IMG/VR virus record: IMGVR_UViG_3300021255_000062
Span: 61,901-125,900 of that record
DNA length: 64,000 nt
Direction: 5' to 3' (one strand)
From: a virus
Taxonomy: Duplodnaviria; Caudoviricetes
Both the position numbers and the translations under genes were made by a program. This document shows positions 50,533 through 59,410 of this stretch, piece by piece. Position 1 is the first letter of the stretch. Each line of letters opens with the position of its first letter. The notes under the pieces were generated by a model. It searched no databases, was not told the DNA's origin, and worked only from the letters and a program-made list of their open reading frames with translations.

Positions 50533-52281
50533 TTAAAGAAATTGAAAGTTCTGCATCCCTCCATTAGCATTAAAAATTGCCAGTAAGCTAAATCTAGTAT
50601 GAACCTTAATATCGGTTAAAAGTTTTTGATAAAGACTAATGTTATCATTGGTTTTTTCCCAGTCATCACCCTTAGTTCTTACCCAATAGTCTGTAAACAA
50701 AGGAGAGCCAGAGTCTTTTTTATTATTTAAATATTCTTCATCTCCTAAAGTTGGTTTAGCAAAATTATCAATTGTAAAAGTAGGATTCGTGATAAGTTTA
50801 TTGTTAAATATAGTTCGTATAATTGTAGAAGCTGGCATAATACTTGTTCCTCCTGCCCAATAAAAAGTATTAGTATGCATAGGATCCAAATTTTCTCCAA
50901 CATTTAAATTCATAGCTTTCCAAAAATACTTATTAAGGAATTTTTCTAAAAAAGTTTCCATATCTGTTGATTGATTATAAATATCTGTGTTAAATTGAAC
51001 GTTAGCTAAAGTATCTGCAAATCCCTCTCCTAAATTAGGGGCTATTAAACCCAAATCACTGTTTATATCTACACTACTCATTGATGACCTATCATAATTT
51101 TTAACTTGTACTCCAGCTATTATGGATCCAACCTCACCATTCTCAGCTACTTCAACAACCACTTGATAATCAGATCTTGGTTGGCCCCTGGTACCCTTAG
51201 CTATTGCACCAATAATATTCCCTAGTTTAGCATTTGTTTTATTTGTTGCTAATGCTGTATATCTATCTAAAAGACTTAATTGATACTCTCCTAGTTTACC
51301 CTTTAAACCATTCATAAAATTACCGCCAACAAAGAAAAACAATGGATCTCCACCTATTTTAGAAGACATTGTGCTTCTCCAAGCCATTGTTGCCGCCTCT
51401 TTTAAAATATTTGCTCCATTTACAGTACAACCATTTTCTACGTCTAAAATACTATTAAACACATAATTTTTTAACGCCTCTATCGCTATTCCCAACTGTT
51501 GTGAAACTTGAGCTTTTGCTTCTGGATTATTAAGTCGCTCCTTTATATCGCTGGCCTTTAAAGAAAAAATTGGTAATTCTTCGACCACACGAAAAAATCC
51601 TGTGCTTGAGGTTGTCTTTTTTTGTCCCGATCTGGTTGCTTTTAAAGTAATTCCTGAATCTCCGAGTGTTTTAATCGCTGTTTCTCCCGCTTGTAAAATT
51701 TTTCCCCCTAATTCTTCATTCATCCATTGCTTCCAATTCGTTTTTGAAGAACTAGAAGTTTTAAAACTTCCCGAATTAGTTTTTAAATATTGACTAATTT
51801 CAGGATTTTTTCTTATTTCGTTTGCTACCTTTTTTGCATCTGGTAGATTAATATCTATGTTAAAAGTTTTTCTGTTTACTTGTGAATTTTTAGTATTTAA
51901 ACCATCAAGTGGTATACTAACTGTATCTCCCTCCACAATTATTTCATATTTTATTTCTTCTTCTACTAAAATATTTCCTGCTGTTCCAAGAAAATTACCA
52001 ACATTTTCATTAGCTAATCTACTAATACGTTGACCATCTTTATCTGCTCCAGAATATATTTTTTGCATTTCCGCGAGGAATCCATTAAAATCAGAAACGT
52101 TAGGAAAAAATCTTTGATAAAAACTTAACTCTTGTCTTTTGGCATAATCTTCTGCAGCATTTAAATCTGCTCTAAGTTTTGATTCCAAGAAATATTCTGT
52201 TCTTTCCTGACTTCCCTTTAAATATGCACCATTGAAATAGGAGCTACTAGTGTGTAAAACTTTAGTTTTACCATCTGCCAT
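50533..52281 (-). CDS. Large hypothetical protein (582 aa)
   Basis: Start MADGKTK after GGAGG; no recognised motif. Confidence 0.7.
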   Translation of the reverse strand: MADGKTKVLHTSSSYFNGAYLKGSQERTEYFLESKLRADLNAAEDYAKRQELSFYQRFFPNVSDFNGFLAEMQKIYSGADKDGQRISRLANENVGNFLGTAGNILVEEEIKYEIIVEGDTVSIPLDGLNTKNSQVNRKTFNIDINLPDAKKVANEIRKNPEISQYLKTNSGSFKTSSSSKTNWKQWMNEELGGKILQAGETAIKTLGDSGITLKATRSGQKKTTSSTGFFRVVEELPIFSLKASDIKERLNNPEAKAQVSQQLGIAIEALKNYVFNSILDVENGCTVNGANILKEAATMAWRSTMSSKIGGDPLFFFVGGNFMNGLKGKLGEYQLSLLDRYTALATNKTNAKLGNIIGAIAKGTRGQPRSDYQVVVEVAENGEVGSIIAGVQVKNYDRSSMSSVDINSDLGLIAPNLGEGFADTLANVQFNTDIYNQSTDMETFLEKFLNKYFWKAMNLNVGENLDPMHTNTFYWAGGTSIMPASTIIRTIFNNKLITNPTFTIDNFAKPTLGDEEYLNNKKDSGSPLFTDYWVRTKGDDWEKTNDNISLYQKLLTDIKVHTRFSLLAIFNANGGMQNFQFL

Positions 52282-52772
52282 ATTTTCTCCTCCAAATAAA
52301 AAAGGGACGGTTCCTACCGACCGTCCCAAAATATATATAAAAGCCACAAAAGTGACTGTTTCACTCTTCACTTATAAGTTGACTTTTAAATATCCCATTC
52401 AATTTTTTTGGGCAAATTTAATTCGATTCATTGTTTTCTTTCTCTTGATTAGATTCTTCTGGTAAATTTTCCAATATATCAATTATATCATCAGACTTTC
52501 TATACTGTTCTCACGAAACGTCTGAATAAGAAGGTGCCCGCATCACCGCTCTTATTGCTTCTTTCCTACTAATTGTGTTATTTGACATTTATCTACCTCA
52601 TCGTTTAAGAATTCTACCTTTCATCCAATCTTCTAAAGAATTGGTACATTTATCACATAAAAGCCAGGTTAATTTTTTATTATTTTTAAAAACCTGCACC
52701 TTATTAAACTGAAAATCTTCATCCACTCTATAATATCGTCTGCATTTATCACACTTCTCAATCAAAGACATT

Positions 52773-53171
52773 TTATTTAACTAACCAAACCTTTTTATAT
52801 TTAATACCAAACTTTTCTACTAGATCATGATCCTCAATATAAATATCTATATGATCTCCTTCTACGCCACCGCCGCAGTCATCAGCAACATATTCTTTAT
52901 CGTCAATTAGAATTCTAGTTCCATAAGCTATAACACTTGGATCAACCGCAACGGTTTTCCCCTCTTCACAATAATTTCCAGTAGACGTTCTTGCGCCCCA
53001 GCCTTCACTACATTCGTCACATGAGCAATAATAAGTAATTTTAAAATCACCCATGCTTATTAGTCTATCTTTATTTTTCTCTTTTGCACTAGCTTTAATT
53101 GATAGTAAAATTAATAATAACAATACTACTACAAAAAATAGCAAACGTTTTTTCTTTATGCGTATTTTCAT
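52773..53171 (-). CDS. Secreted/membrane 3D-domain protein
   Basis: N-terminal TM; VAVDPSVI.YGT, ADDCGG, HIDIY. Confidence 0.8.
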   Translation of the reverse strand: MKIRIKKKRLLFFVVVLLLLILLSIKASAKEKNKDRLISMGDFKITYYCSCDECSEGWGARTSTGNYCEEGKTVAVDPSVIAYGTRILIDDKEYVADDCGGGVEGDHIDIYIEDHDLVEKFGIKYKKVWLVK

Positions 53172-53192
53172 TCTTTCACTCCTAAAATATTG

Positions 53193-53528
53193 TTAATTCT
53201 TCTTTGACCATCTACCATCACTCCAAGAATCTGTTGTATATCTGTTCCATTCACCAATTTCTTTAATTTGAGTAAATTCTGACCAACCACACTCATCAGC
53301 AAGCCACATAAAATCGTTTAATTCACGTTCATTGTGGATGATAACTTTCTCTGCGCGCTGGTAAATATCATCATCGAAAATATTGTCTCCAATGGTATAT
53401 TCCTCATTTTTTAAGTCAAAAAAAACGATGGTATTTAAATTAGGATGCGCCAATTTCTGCTCATGGGCTTCACACTCATACTCATCTTCAAAGTAAATAC
53501 CATCTTCCGATTCATACCAAATTTTCAT
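53193..53528 (-). CDS. Hypothetical protein
   Basis: YESEDG..F..E.ECEAHE N-terminus. Confidence 0.6.
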   Translation of the reverse strand: MKIWYESEDGIYFEDEYECEAHEQKLAHPNLNTIVFFDLKNEEYTIGDNIFDDDIYQRAEKVIIHNERELNDFMWLADECGWSEFTQIKEIGEWNRYTTDSWSDGRWSKKN

Positions 53529-53568
53529 ATTTGTTTCTCCCTTTCTTATGGTCAATTAAAGCTACAAA

Positions 53569-53641
53569 TGGGACCTATAGGACTCGAACCTATGACCTTC
53601 TGCTTGTAAGGCAGGCGCTCTCCCAGCTGAGCTAAGATCCC
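53569..53641 (-). tRNA. tRNA-Val(UAC)
   Basis: Canonical cloverleaf. Confidence 0.92.
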
Positions 53642-53672
53642 ATATTATAATGTCTTTTTATCAAAAGACAAA

Positions 53673-53746
53673 CGACCCGGATGGGATTCGAACCCACAAC
53701 CTCCGCCGCGACAAGGCGGTGCTCTACTCTATTGAGCCACCGGGCC
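53673..53746 (-). tRNA. tRNA-Asp(GUC)
   Basis: Canonical cloverleaf. Confidence 0.9.
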
Positions 53747-53755
53747 AGATTAAAA

Positions 53756-53829
53756 TAGACTCTCAGGGACTCGAACCCCGGACACACGGCTTATAAGGCC
53801 GCCGCTCTCACCTACTGAGCTAAGAGTCC
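53756..53829 (-). tRNA. tRNA-Ile(UAU)
   Basis: Cloverleaf, anticodon loop CT-TAT-AA. Confidence 0.85.
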
Positions 53830-53833
53830 GAAT

Positions 53834-53929
53834 TATTGCGGGTAAGGATTTGCACCTTACATATAGTGATTCGCATCTCACTACTTCTCATGTTGGCGAT
53901 AAAGCGTCTACCTATTCCGCCACCGCAAT
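53834..53929 (-). ncRNA. tRNA-like RNA 1 (non-canonical anticodon arm)
   Basis: Leu-type D arm GGCGGAATAGGTAGACGC, T arm GTAAGG-TGCAAAT-CCTTAC, long variable stem. Confidence 0.7.
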
Positions 53930-53932
53930 AAA

Positions 53933-54017
53933 CGCTGAGTAAGGGACTCGAACCCCTAGTACGCGAACGCATCATATGTTTTCAAGACATACTCCTTACC
54001 AATTAGGATAACTCAGC
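53933..54017 (-). tRNA. tRNA-Ser(UGA)
   Basis: Class II cloverleaf, G73. Confidence 0.88.
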
Positions 54018-54020
54018 ACA

Positions 54021-54102
54021 TGCGGATAACAGGAGTTGAACCTGCACGGGTCTCCCCACCAGATTCTAAGTCTGGCGCGTCTGCCTACTTCGCCATATCC
54101 GC
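54021..54102 (-). tRNA. tRNA-Leu(UAG)
   Basis: Class II cloverleaf. Confidence 0.9.
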
Positions 54103-54106
54103 AGGA

Positions 54107-54177
54107 AGCAGGTAGTGGGAATCGAACCCACGTATTTAGCTTGGAAGGCTAATATTCTACCATTGAACTACACCTGC
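54107..54177 (-). tRNA. tRNA-Gly(UCC)
   Basis: Canonical cloverleaf, U73. Confidence 0.92.
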
Positions 54178-54207
54178 AAATTTAAGTTTTAGAATGACTC
54201 AGCAAAA

Positions 54208-54281
54208 TACAGGAAGTCGGATTCGAACCGACAAACTTCTGTTTTTGAGACAGAAAGGTTTACCAATTACCTCATCCCTGC
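54208..54281 (-). tRNA. tRNA-Leu(CAA), short variable loop
   Basis: 74-nt cloverleaf, loop CT-CAA-AA. Confidence 0.8.
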
Positions 54282-54286
54282 TTAAG

Positions 54287-54373
54287 TCGGAGGAGAGGGA
54301 ATCGCACCCACTCGGGACACCTAAGCCATGAGTTTTACAGACTCACCCGTCTACTTTAGCGGTCTACCCTCCG
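54287..54373 (-). tRNA. tRNA-Tyr(GUA), atypical
   Basis: Loop CT-GTA-AA, long variable arm, C1:G72, T-loop TGCGATT. Confidence 0.7.
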
Positions 54374-54388
54374 ATATAAATTTTAATT

Positions 54389-54539
54389 ATATATGAGTAA
54401 GGATTTGCACCTTACACAACCGTGACTGTTGCACCTGGCACCTCCGAGATTCGAACCCAGAGATAGGGAGAATCGAACTCCGCTCTCACACAGTTAGTTT
54501 TCTCCATATTCTTGCGTCTACCTATTCCGCCATCATATA
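54389..54539 (-). ncRNA. tRNA-like RNA 2 with extra T-arms
   Basis: Same D and T arms as 53834; insert contains two TTCGA(A/T)T hairpins. Confidence 0.7.
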
Positions 54540-54546
54540 TAATTAA

Positions 54547-54620
54547 TACCCTTGGTGGGATTCGAACCCACACTGTATGGATTTTAAGTCCACTACCTCT
54601 GCCGATTGGGTTACAAGGGC
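54547..54620 (-). tRNA. tRNA-Leu(UAA), short variable loop
   Basis: 74-nt cloverleaf, loop CT-TAA-AA. Confidence 0.82.
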
Positions 54621-54711
54621 TGGCGCCGACACCAGGACTTGAACCTGGACTACCCTTTAAAAGGTAGGATAGATTAGCAATCTACTGAGCTACCTATTAC
54701 TCCATATCGGC
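54621..54711 (-). tRNA. tRNA-Ser(GCU)
   Basis: Class II cloverleaf with encoded CCA abutting the next tRNA. Confidence 0.88.
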
Positions 54712-54716
54712 ATTTA

Positions 54717-54790
54717 AGCACAGAGTCGGATTTGAACCGACGAATAATAGGGTTGCAACCTATTCCCTTAAACCTCTTGGGTATCCATGC
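54717..54790 (-). tRNA. tRNA-Cys(GCA)
   Basis: Cloverleaf, U73. Confidence 0.88.
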
Positions 54791-54822
54791 ATTTTAAATT
54801 AACGAGGTAAGATACCCCTACA

Positions 54823-54923
54823 TCCCGATGGTAGGATATGAACCTACATCTTCTAGCCTTACGCGTCGGCTTCTATCTTTCGCTCTTACACGTGAATCGA
54901 GCTTGCTCTTAGACGACACCGGG
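54823..54923 (-). ncRNA. tRNA-like RNA 3 (expanded D region, 9-nt anticodon loop)
   Basis: Acceptor CCCGGTG/CATCGGG, T arm GTAGG-TTCATAT-CCTAC. Confidence 0.6.
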
Positions 54924-54928
54924 AGAAG

Positions 54929-55001
54929 TAGTCCCTAGGAGAATCGAACTCCTGTTTTAGAACTGAAAATCCTATGTCCTAGGCCACTAGACGAAGGGAC
55001 C
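54929..55001 (-). tRNA. tRNA-Glu(UUC)
   Basis: Canonical cloverleaf. Confidence 0.9.
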
Positions 55002-55151
55002 CGATCGAACAATAGAGGCAGTGTTTAAGTATATTCAGTCGCGCGTACTTCGGGGTTAATTAAGCCAAAGACCCGTTTCATGGCACCTCTATTATTCTAT
55101 TGCTCAATTCTCCATCCGTCGATAGAGAATCTTTCGGCTCGTCAGCCAAAA

Positions 55152-55224
55152 CTCCCCGAGTAGGACTTGAACCTACGACAGCGCGGTTAACAGCCGCGTG
55201 CTCTACCGACTGAGCTATCGAGGA
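55152..55224 (-). tRNA. tRNA-Asn(GUU)
   Basis: Canonical cloverleaf. Confidence 0.93.
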
Positions 55225-55235
55225 ATAACATAAAA

Positions 55236-55310
55236 TTGCAGAGGTGGGATTCGAACCCACGTCATTCGGCTTATGAGGCCGAGCTGGTACCATCTCCAGT
55301 CCACTCTGCG
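55236..55310 (-). tRNA. tRNA-Met(CAU), initiator-like
   Basis: CAT anticodon, C1xA72 mismatch. Confidence 0.85.
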
Positions 55311-55454
55311 CTACATAAAATGCCTTTCGCACTAAGAATTTTAGGACGCATCCTTACTTTTCACACTACCGCAGTAGCTGTCTTTCATGGGCGCTCCGAA
55401 AAGTTCCACGGGCACGGATTGGGGTAACAGGATATTGATATCTTTTACTCCATA

Positions 55455-56039
55455 TTATTTTATCTTTATTAATTTTTTATTATCTAAATCTAATTTATAA
55501 TAACCAAGAGTAATTTTTCTGTGGCAGGTAGGACATAGAATAGACAAATTAGATAAATCATTATTATTTCTATCACTATCTATATGATGAACTTCTAATA
55601 TTCTTTCGTCCTCATTCCATCCACAGACTAAACATTCATGCTTTAGAAAATTAAAGGCCCGCAAGCGATAATTAGAAGTAGATTCATTATTTAGACTCCT
55701 TATAATATTTTTATGCTTATTACCACAAGTAGTAGAACAGTAAAAGAAACCACTTTGATTTTTTTCTATTTGATACTTAGAACGATAAATTTCTTTTCCA
55801 CAAAAACTACACTTAAGTTTCTTTCCATTTTTTACCCCACAAGATGGACACCTATGATTTTTTGCCTTATCTGTACTATAAATAAAATTACTAGGTTTCA
55901 TTTCCCATTCATATCCACACTCTAAACATTTTATATTCATTGGGGTACGAATATTTTTATATTCACCAGTAATTTCTACTTGTTGAATAAAATTCTTTTT
56001 TCCTCTTTCTATAACTTCTTCTTTAGTTAATTTTCCCAT
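55455..56039 (-). CDS. HNH homing endonuclease with zinc ribbons
   Basis: Start MGKLTK after AAGGAG; several CxxC; LEVHHID..R.NN...NL.ILCPTCH. Confidence 0.88.
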   Translation of the reverse strand: MGKLTKEEVIERGKKNFIQQVEITGEYKNIRTPMNIKCLECGYEWEMKPSNFIYSTDKAKNHRCPSCGVKNGKKLKCSFCGKEIYRSKYQIEKNQSGFFYCSTTCGNKHKNIIRSLNNESTSNYRLRAFNFLKHECLVCGWNEDERILEVHHIDSDRNNNDLSNLSILCPTCHRKITLGYYKLDLDNKKLIKIK

Positions 56040-56064
56040 AATAAACTCCTTAAATATTTTATAA

Positions 56065-56140
56065 TCGGAGAGGCGCCACTCGAAGGCGCAGTAACGTCCT
56101 GATCCCAAATCAGGCGAGGTGCCTCTTCCCCTACTCCCCG
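56065..56140 (-). tRNA. tRNA-Pro(UGG), divergent replacement copy
   Basis: C1:G72, A73, loop TT-TGG-GA, T arm GCGCC-TTCGAGT-GGCGC. Confidence 0.8.
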
Positions 56141-56364
56141 CCATTAAGTAAAAATTATATCTAAGGAGTTTATTATTTTGATGCGGAAGATAAGTTGGGA
56201 TACATCCCAAATGTAACATTCTAGCCAAACTGAACTACACCCCAATAATTATTTCTTTCTCAACTTTGTATATATATTATACCAATATTTTAAAAAATTT
56301 TCAAATTATTGTTAAGTATTTAAACGTAGAAGGCGCGGGCGCCTTCTACGAAACACCTCAGAAC

Positions 56365-56556
56365 TTATTCATAAATTATTCTTCTTCCACAAGTTGGACA
56401 TATTATCATAACAGTTTCTCGCGGTCGTCTATTTCTAAATAAAATAACACTTTTATCGCAAGAACAATATACTCCATTTTGGTATTCTCCAAATAAAGGT
56501 ACTAAATATGAATAACATTTTATATCTTGTTTTGGAATAATACGAATTTTATCCAT
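56365..56556 (-). CDS. Small zinc-ribbon protein
   Basis: CSC...CPTCG. Confidence 0.5.
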   Translation of the reverse strand: MDKIRIIPKQDIKCYSYLVPLFGEYQNGVYCSCDKSVILFRNRRPRETVMIICPTCGRRIIYE

Positions 56557-56600
56557 TGTTAACTATTGCTCCATATATTAGTTCCTTTTAATGATACTGG

Positions 56601-57140
56601 TTAGAACTGGTTAGAACTGGTTGTATAAGGAGTTGAAGTAACATAAGTACAATAAATTTTATCGCTAGTACAGAAGAATACTCCCACTACATCTCCAAAA
56701 ATGTCTCTTGCAATATTTTCATATAACGTAGAACAATATCCATTATAATCTCCAAGATTATCCGTGAAATACTGCACTACTTCTTTCTTGAACAATACAT
56801 AATGCAAATCATAATTAAATAGTCCAGAAACAGTTTCAATTCTGTCTACAATCGAATTGTTCTTTAAAGCGGCTTGAACAGTAGAATAATTAGATGACTT
56901 AAATCCAAAACTTGCTCCATTTGCTGGGATAATTGTAATTTTTAATCTTACTTCTCCAAACACTTTCTCAACAGGAAACAATTCACTTAAAGCTTTAGCC
57001 TTATCTGAATCGGATACATAAAGTTTAATTTCACTTTTATCATCATCAAACAATACTTTTACGTCTGGGTCGTGTTCAAAAAATGCATTTACCTCTCTGT
57101 AATAAATAATCCAAGGTGGACTTAAATTTACTCTTGCCAT
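56601..57140 (-). CDS. Conserved phage hypothetical protein
   Basis: LSPPW...KKEVVQYF.DNLGD..G..STLYE.IARDIF. Confidence 0.7.
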   Translation of the reverse strand: MARVNLSPPWIIYYREVNAFFEHDPDVKVLFDDDKSEIKLYVSDSDKAKALSELFPVEKVFGEVRLKITIIPANGASFGFKSSNYSTVQAALKNNSIVDRIETVSGLFNYDLHYVLFKKEVVQYFTDNLGDYNGYCSTLYENIARDIFGDVVGVFFCTSDKIYCTYVTSTPYTTSSNQF

Positions 57141-57177
57141 TGATTTTCTCCTATAATTTAGATTGACAAGTTACAAG

Positions 57178-57249
57178 CAGCCCCGGCTGGATTCGAACCA
57201 GCAAATGCAGCAGTCAAAGTGCTGTGTCTTGCCATTTGACGACGGGGCT
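57178..57249 (-). tRNA. tRNA-Gln(UUG)
   Basis: Canonical cloverleaf. Confidence 0.9.
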
Positions 57250-57655
57250 AAAGGCAGCTTATAGCACCATCAGCTGTTATTCCATAGTTTTTCTTTTGGA
57301 TTGCGCCAAAATGACTTTTTTCTTTTCTTGGAAGGTGCATAATCAGTAATCCTCACGAAATTATTTATCCTGTTATTTCGAACAGTTGATAGTTTAGGTT
57401 TACCTCCGCGATGAACTCTACCAAACTGGAGGAAAAACTAGGATACGTCTGCAGCCGCCTAGACTCTTTCTAACGCCGAGCAAGCGGAGAAAATTTTAGT
57501 CACGATTTCTCAACGCCGCATCTACCATCTGCATAGGCCAACCAATCACCTCTGGTTGGTTAGGGTAAGTTTCCTTCGCTGCCAAACTTACAAAGATAGC
57601 TACGTGGTACGCATCAGCTGCATCTTAGTGCTGCTACGAGAGGCGTTGTAGCGAG
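57250..57655 (-). ncRNA. Candidate ~400-nt structured ncRNA between two tRNAs
   Basis: No ORF; consecutive hairpins; GC above background. Confidence 0.55.
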
Positions 57656-57727
57656 AGCCGAATCTCAGTTATGCTCTGAGGCCTAAAGGTTACAAATCTT
57701 TTGTTCTACTGATTAAACTAATTCGGC
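57656..57727 (-). tRNA. tRNA-Thr(UGU), atypical elbow
   Basis: GCCGAAT/ATTCGGC acceptor, loop TT-TGT-AA; D loop lacks GG; T loop AGCATAA. Confidence 0.65.
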
Positions 57728-57760
57728 TTATTATTCAATTTTAACTGCGTTAAATTTTGT

Positions 57761-58009
57761 CTATAATAACTCCCACCAATAATCGAATATCTTTCGATAA
57801 TCATTCCCTTTGGGAGAAACTTCCATATTTTTCATTTTTCTTCTAATAGCTTTACTACAATATTTCTTTAGCCACTTATTGTGACAAGTGTATCTAATAT
57901 AGCGATTCTTGTTCTTGTTAAACCAGGCGCCCGCGCCATAGGAATTTTTAGTTTCCTCATATAATTTTTTCAATCTATGCTTATCTTCAATTTTCCGCTT
58001 ATGAGACAT
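57761..58009 (-). CDS. Small basic protein
   Basis: ORF with SD, ends YRKIFDYWWELL. Confidence 0.6.
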   Translation of the reverse strand: MSHKRKIEDKHRLKKLYEETKNSYGAGAWFNKNKNRYIRYTCHNKWLKKYCSKAIRRKMKNMEVSPKGNDYRKIFDYWWELL

Positions 58010-58603
58010 AATTTTTCTCCTTAGCATAAACTAAAACACAAACGACCTACGAATTAAATTATCCCCTAAAAGGGTGAGGATTTACTTTGCTTTTTATATA
58101 GCGCTTCCACTAAGCCACATACCACATTTATTTTACCTCAATTAATATTTTATTTCCACAGAGTCATGGAAAAGATGTGTCGGTGGTAGTTTAATCCTCT
58201 AAATCCATGTAGCGCTTTACCACATTTCTCTCTACTGAGATGCGGCCCCTGTGGCGGGTGCAGGTAAGGTAGTAGGGGATCCTCGAGGAAGGCTGCCTAC
58301 ATTTTATTTTCCCTCTTGAACCTTACAAAATAATCTATAACTTCGAAACTCATTCCACGGCTCCCAGTGAATATTTTATAGCCGAAATTTTGTGCGCAAG
58401 CTGGTACTGTTGTATCATCCCTCTATTCCATTTGTAGGGTGACCTCGTACTAGAGGCGGTTTCTCTCAAAGAACTGAACCTAGGAAAGTTCTAAGTCAGG
58501 AATTGTTATAGAATGTAAAAGCTATCAAAGAAAATTACTTCTTTCTCAACCTTACATATATATTATATCAATAATTTATATTTTTTTCAAATTTTTTGGT
58601 GTT

Positions 58604-59185
58604 CTATCCAACCTGGAAAATAACTCCTAATTCCTCCCCATCTTCAACAAGATCATAACTTTCATATCCATTAAGAATACGCCCAAGTTCCCACATATGG
58701 TATTGAGTAGACTCATAGTCAATATAAGAAACAAAACTATATTCATTACGTCTACTATCACTCATTCCCGCTAGCACTTCTGCGGAAATTGGCTCTTGTT
58801 CCATTGACCATGAAATGAAATCCTGGTCATATCCACTCCTTATTAAAGCCGCGGCTTCTTCAACTGGCAAGTATCCACGAATAGGTTCACAAGAACCCCT
58901 CCTATAAATTTCTTTTGCCGGAATCCAATATCCTATTGAATATTTTTTCTCTACATCATCGCTCCACACACTATCCTCAGCGCATAATTTTGCAGCTTCT
59001 TCTCCCAGTTTTTCCACTGGTATGTGCAAAGACTCCCATTCATTCCAACGAATAAAACTTTGGCTTCTCCACCACAGACATTTAATCCTTACTTCATTAT
59101 CTTTAGTTAATACATAAGGCCCAATAATTTCATATATTCCATCATTGGTTTTCTTAGCGAGATAAGCCGAATAATATGTAGCCAT
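58604..59185 (-). CDS. Hypothetical protein
   Basis: AAGGAG SD, promoter. Confidence 0.7.
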   Translation of the reverse strand: MATYYSAYLAKKTNDGIYEIIGPYVLTKDNEVRIKCLWWRSQSFIRWNEWESLHIPVEKLGEEAAKLCAEDSVWSDDVEKKYSIGYWIPAKEIYRRGSCEPIRGYLPVEEAAALIRSGYDQDFISWSMEQEPISAEVLAGMSDSRRNEYSFVSYIDYESTQYHMWELGRILNGYESYDLVEDGEELGVIFQVG

Positions 59186-59410
59186 ATTTTTCTCCTTCTT
59201 TTTCATTTTTTATATTATACTAAAAATATATAGAAAAGTAAAATTTTTAAAAGAAGGAGAGGTAATATAGACCTCTCCTATAACTGTTTTAGTTTAAAAA
59301 TTTTTCTTCTTATCTTTTTTACTACACCAGATGAATCAATATTTTTCCCATTACTTTTTAACTTATTGAGCCGATTTTCCATCAATAAAATTTTGTCATC
59401 TTTTGTCATA

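Larger units (their letters stand above)
55419..56244 (-). pseudogene. Split tRNA-Pro(UGG): 5' part 56201-56244, 3' part 55419-55433
   Basis: TGGGGTG..TTGGGA.. 5' half and ATCCTGTTACCCCAA 3' end have complementary acceptor strands, separated by the HNH insert. Confidence 0.75.

Noticed and set aside
55120-55147. Hammerhead ribozyme (CUGACGAG..GAAA on - strand)
   Set aside because: No room for stem II; better explained as a GGCU-gacg-AGCC hairpin
55078-55427. ORFs 55078 and 55236, plus the 5' extension of 55455..56228
   Set aside because: They overlap tRNA genes; the HNH start with SD is at 56039
55433-56200. Group I intron in tRNA-Pro
   Set aside because: No P/Q/R/S core; part of the tRNA is deleted and the insert holds a second tRNA
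58255-58320. Third HDV-like ribozyme (CCU-UCCUCG-AGG on - strand)
   Set aside because: P1 is mismatched, and there is no G after P1 for P1.1 or clear CUAA junction; at best degenerate
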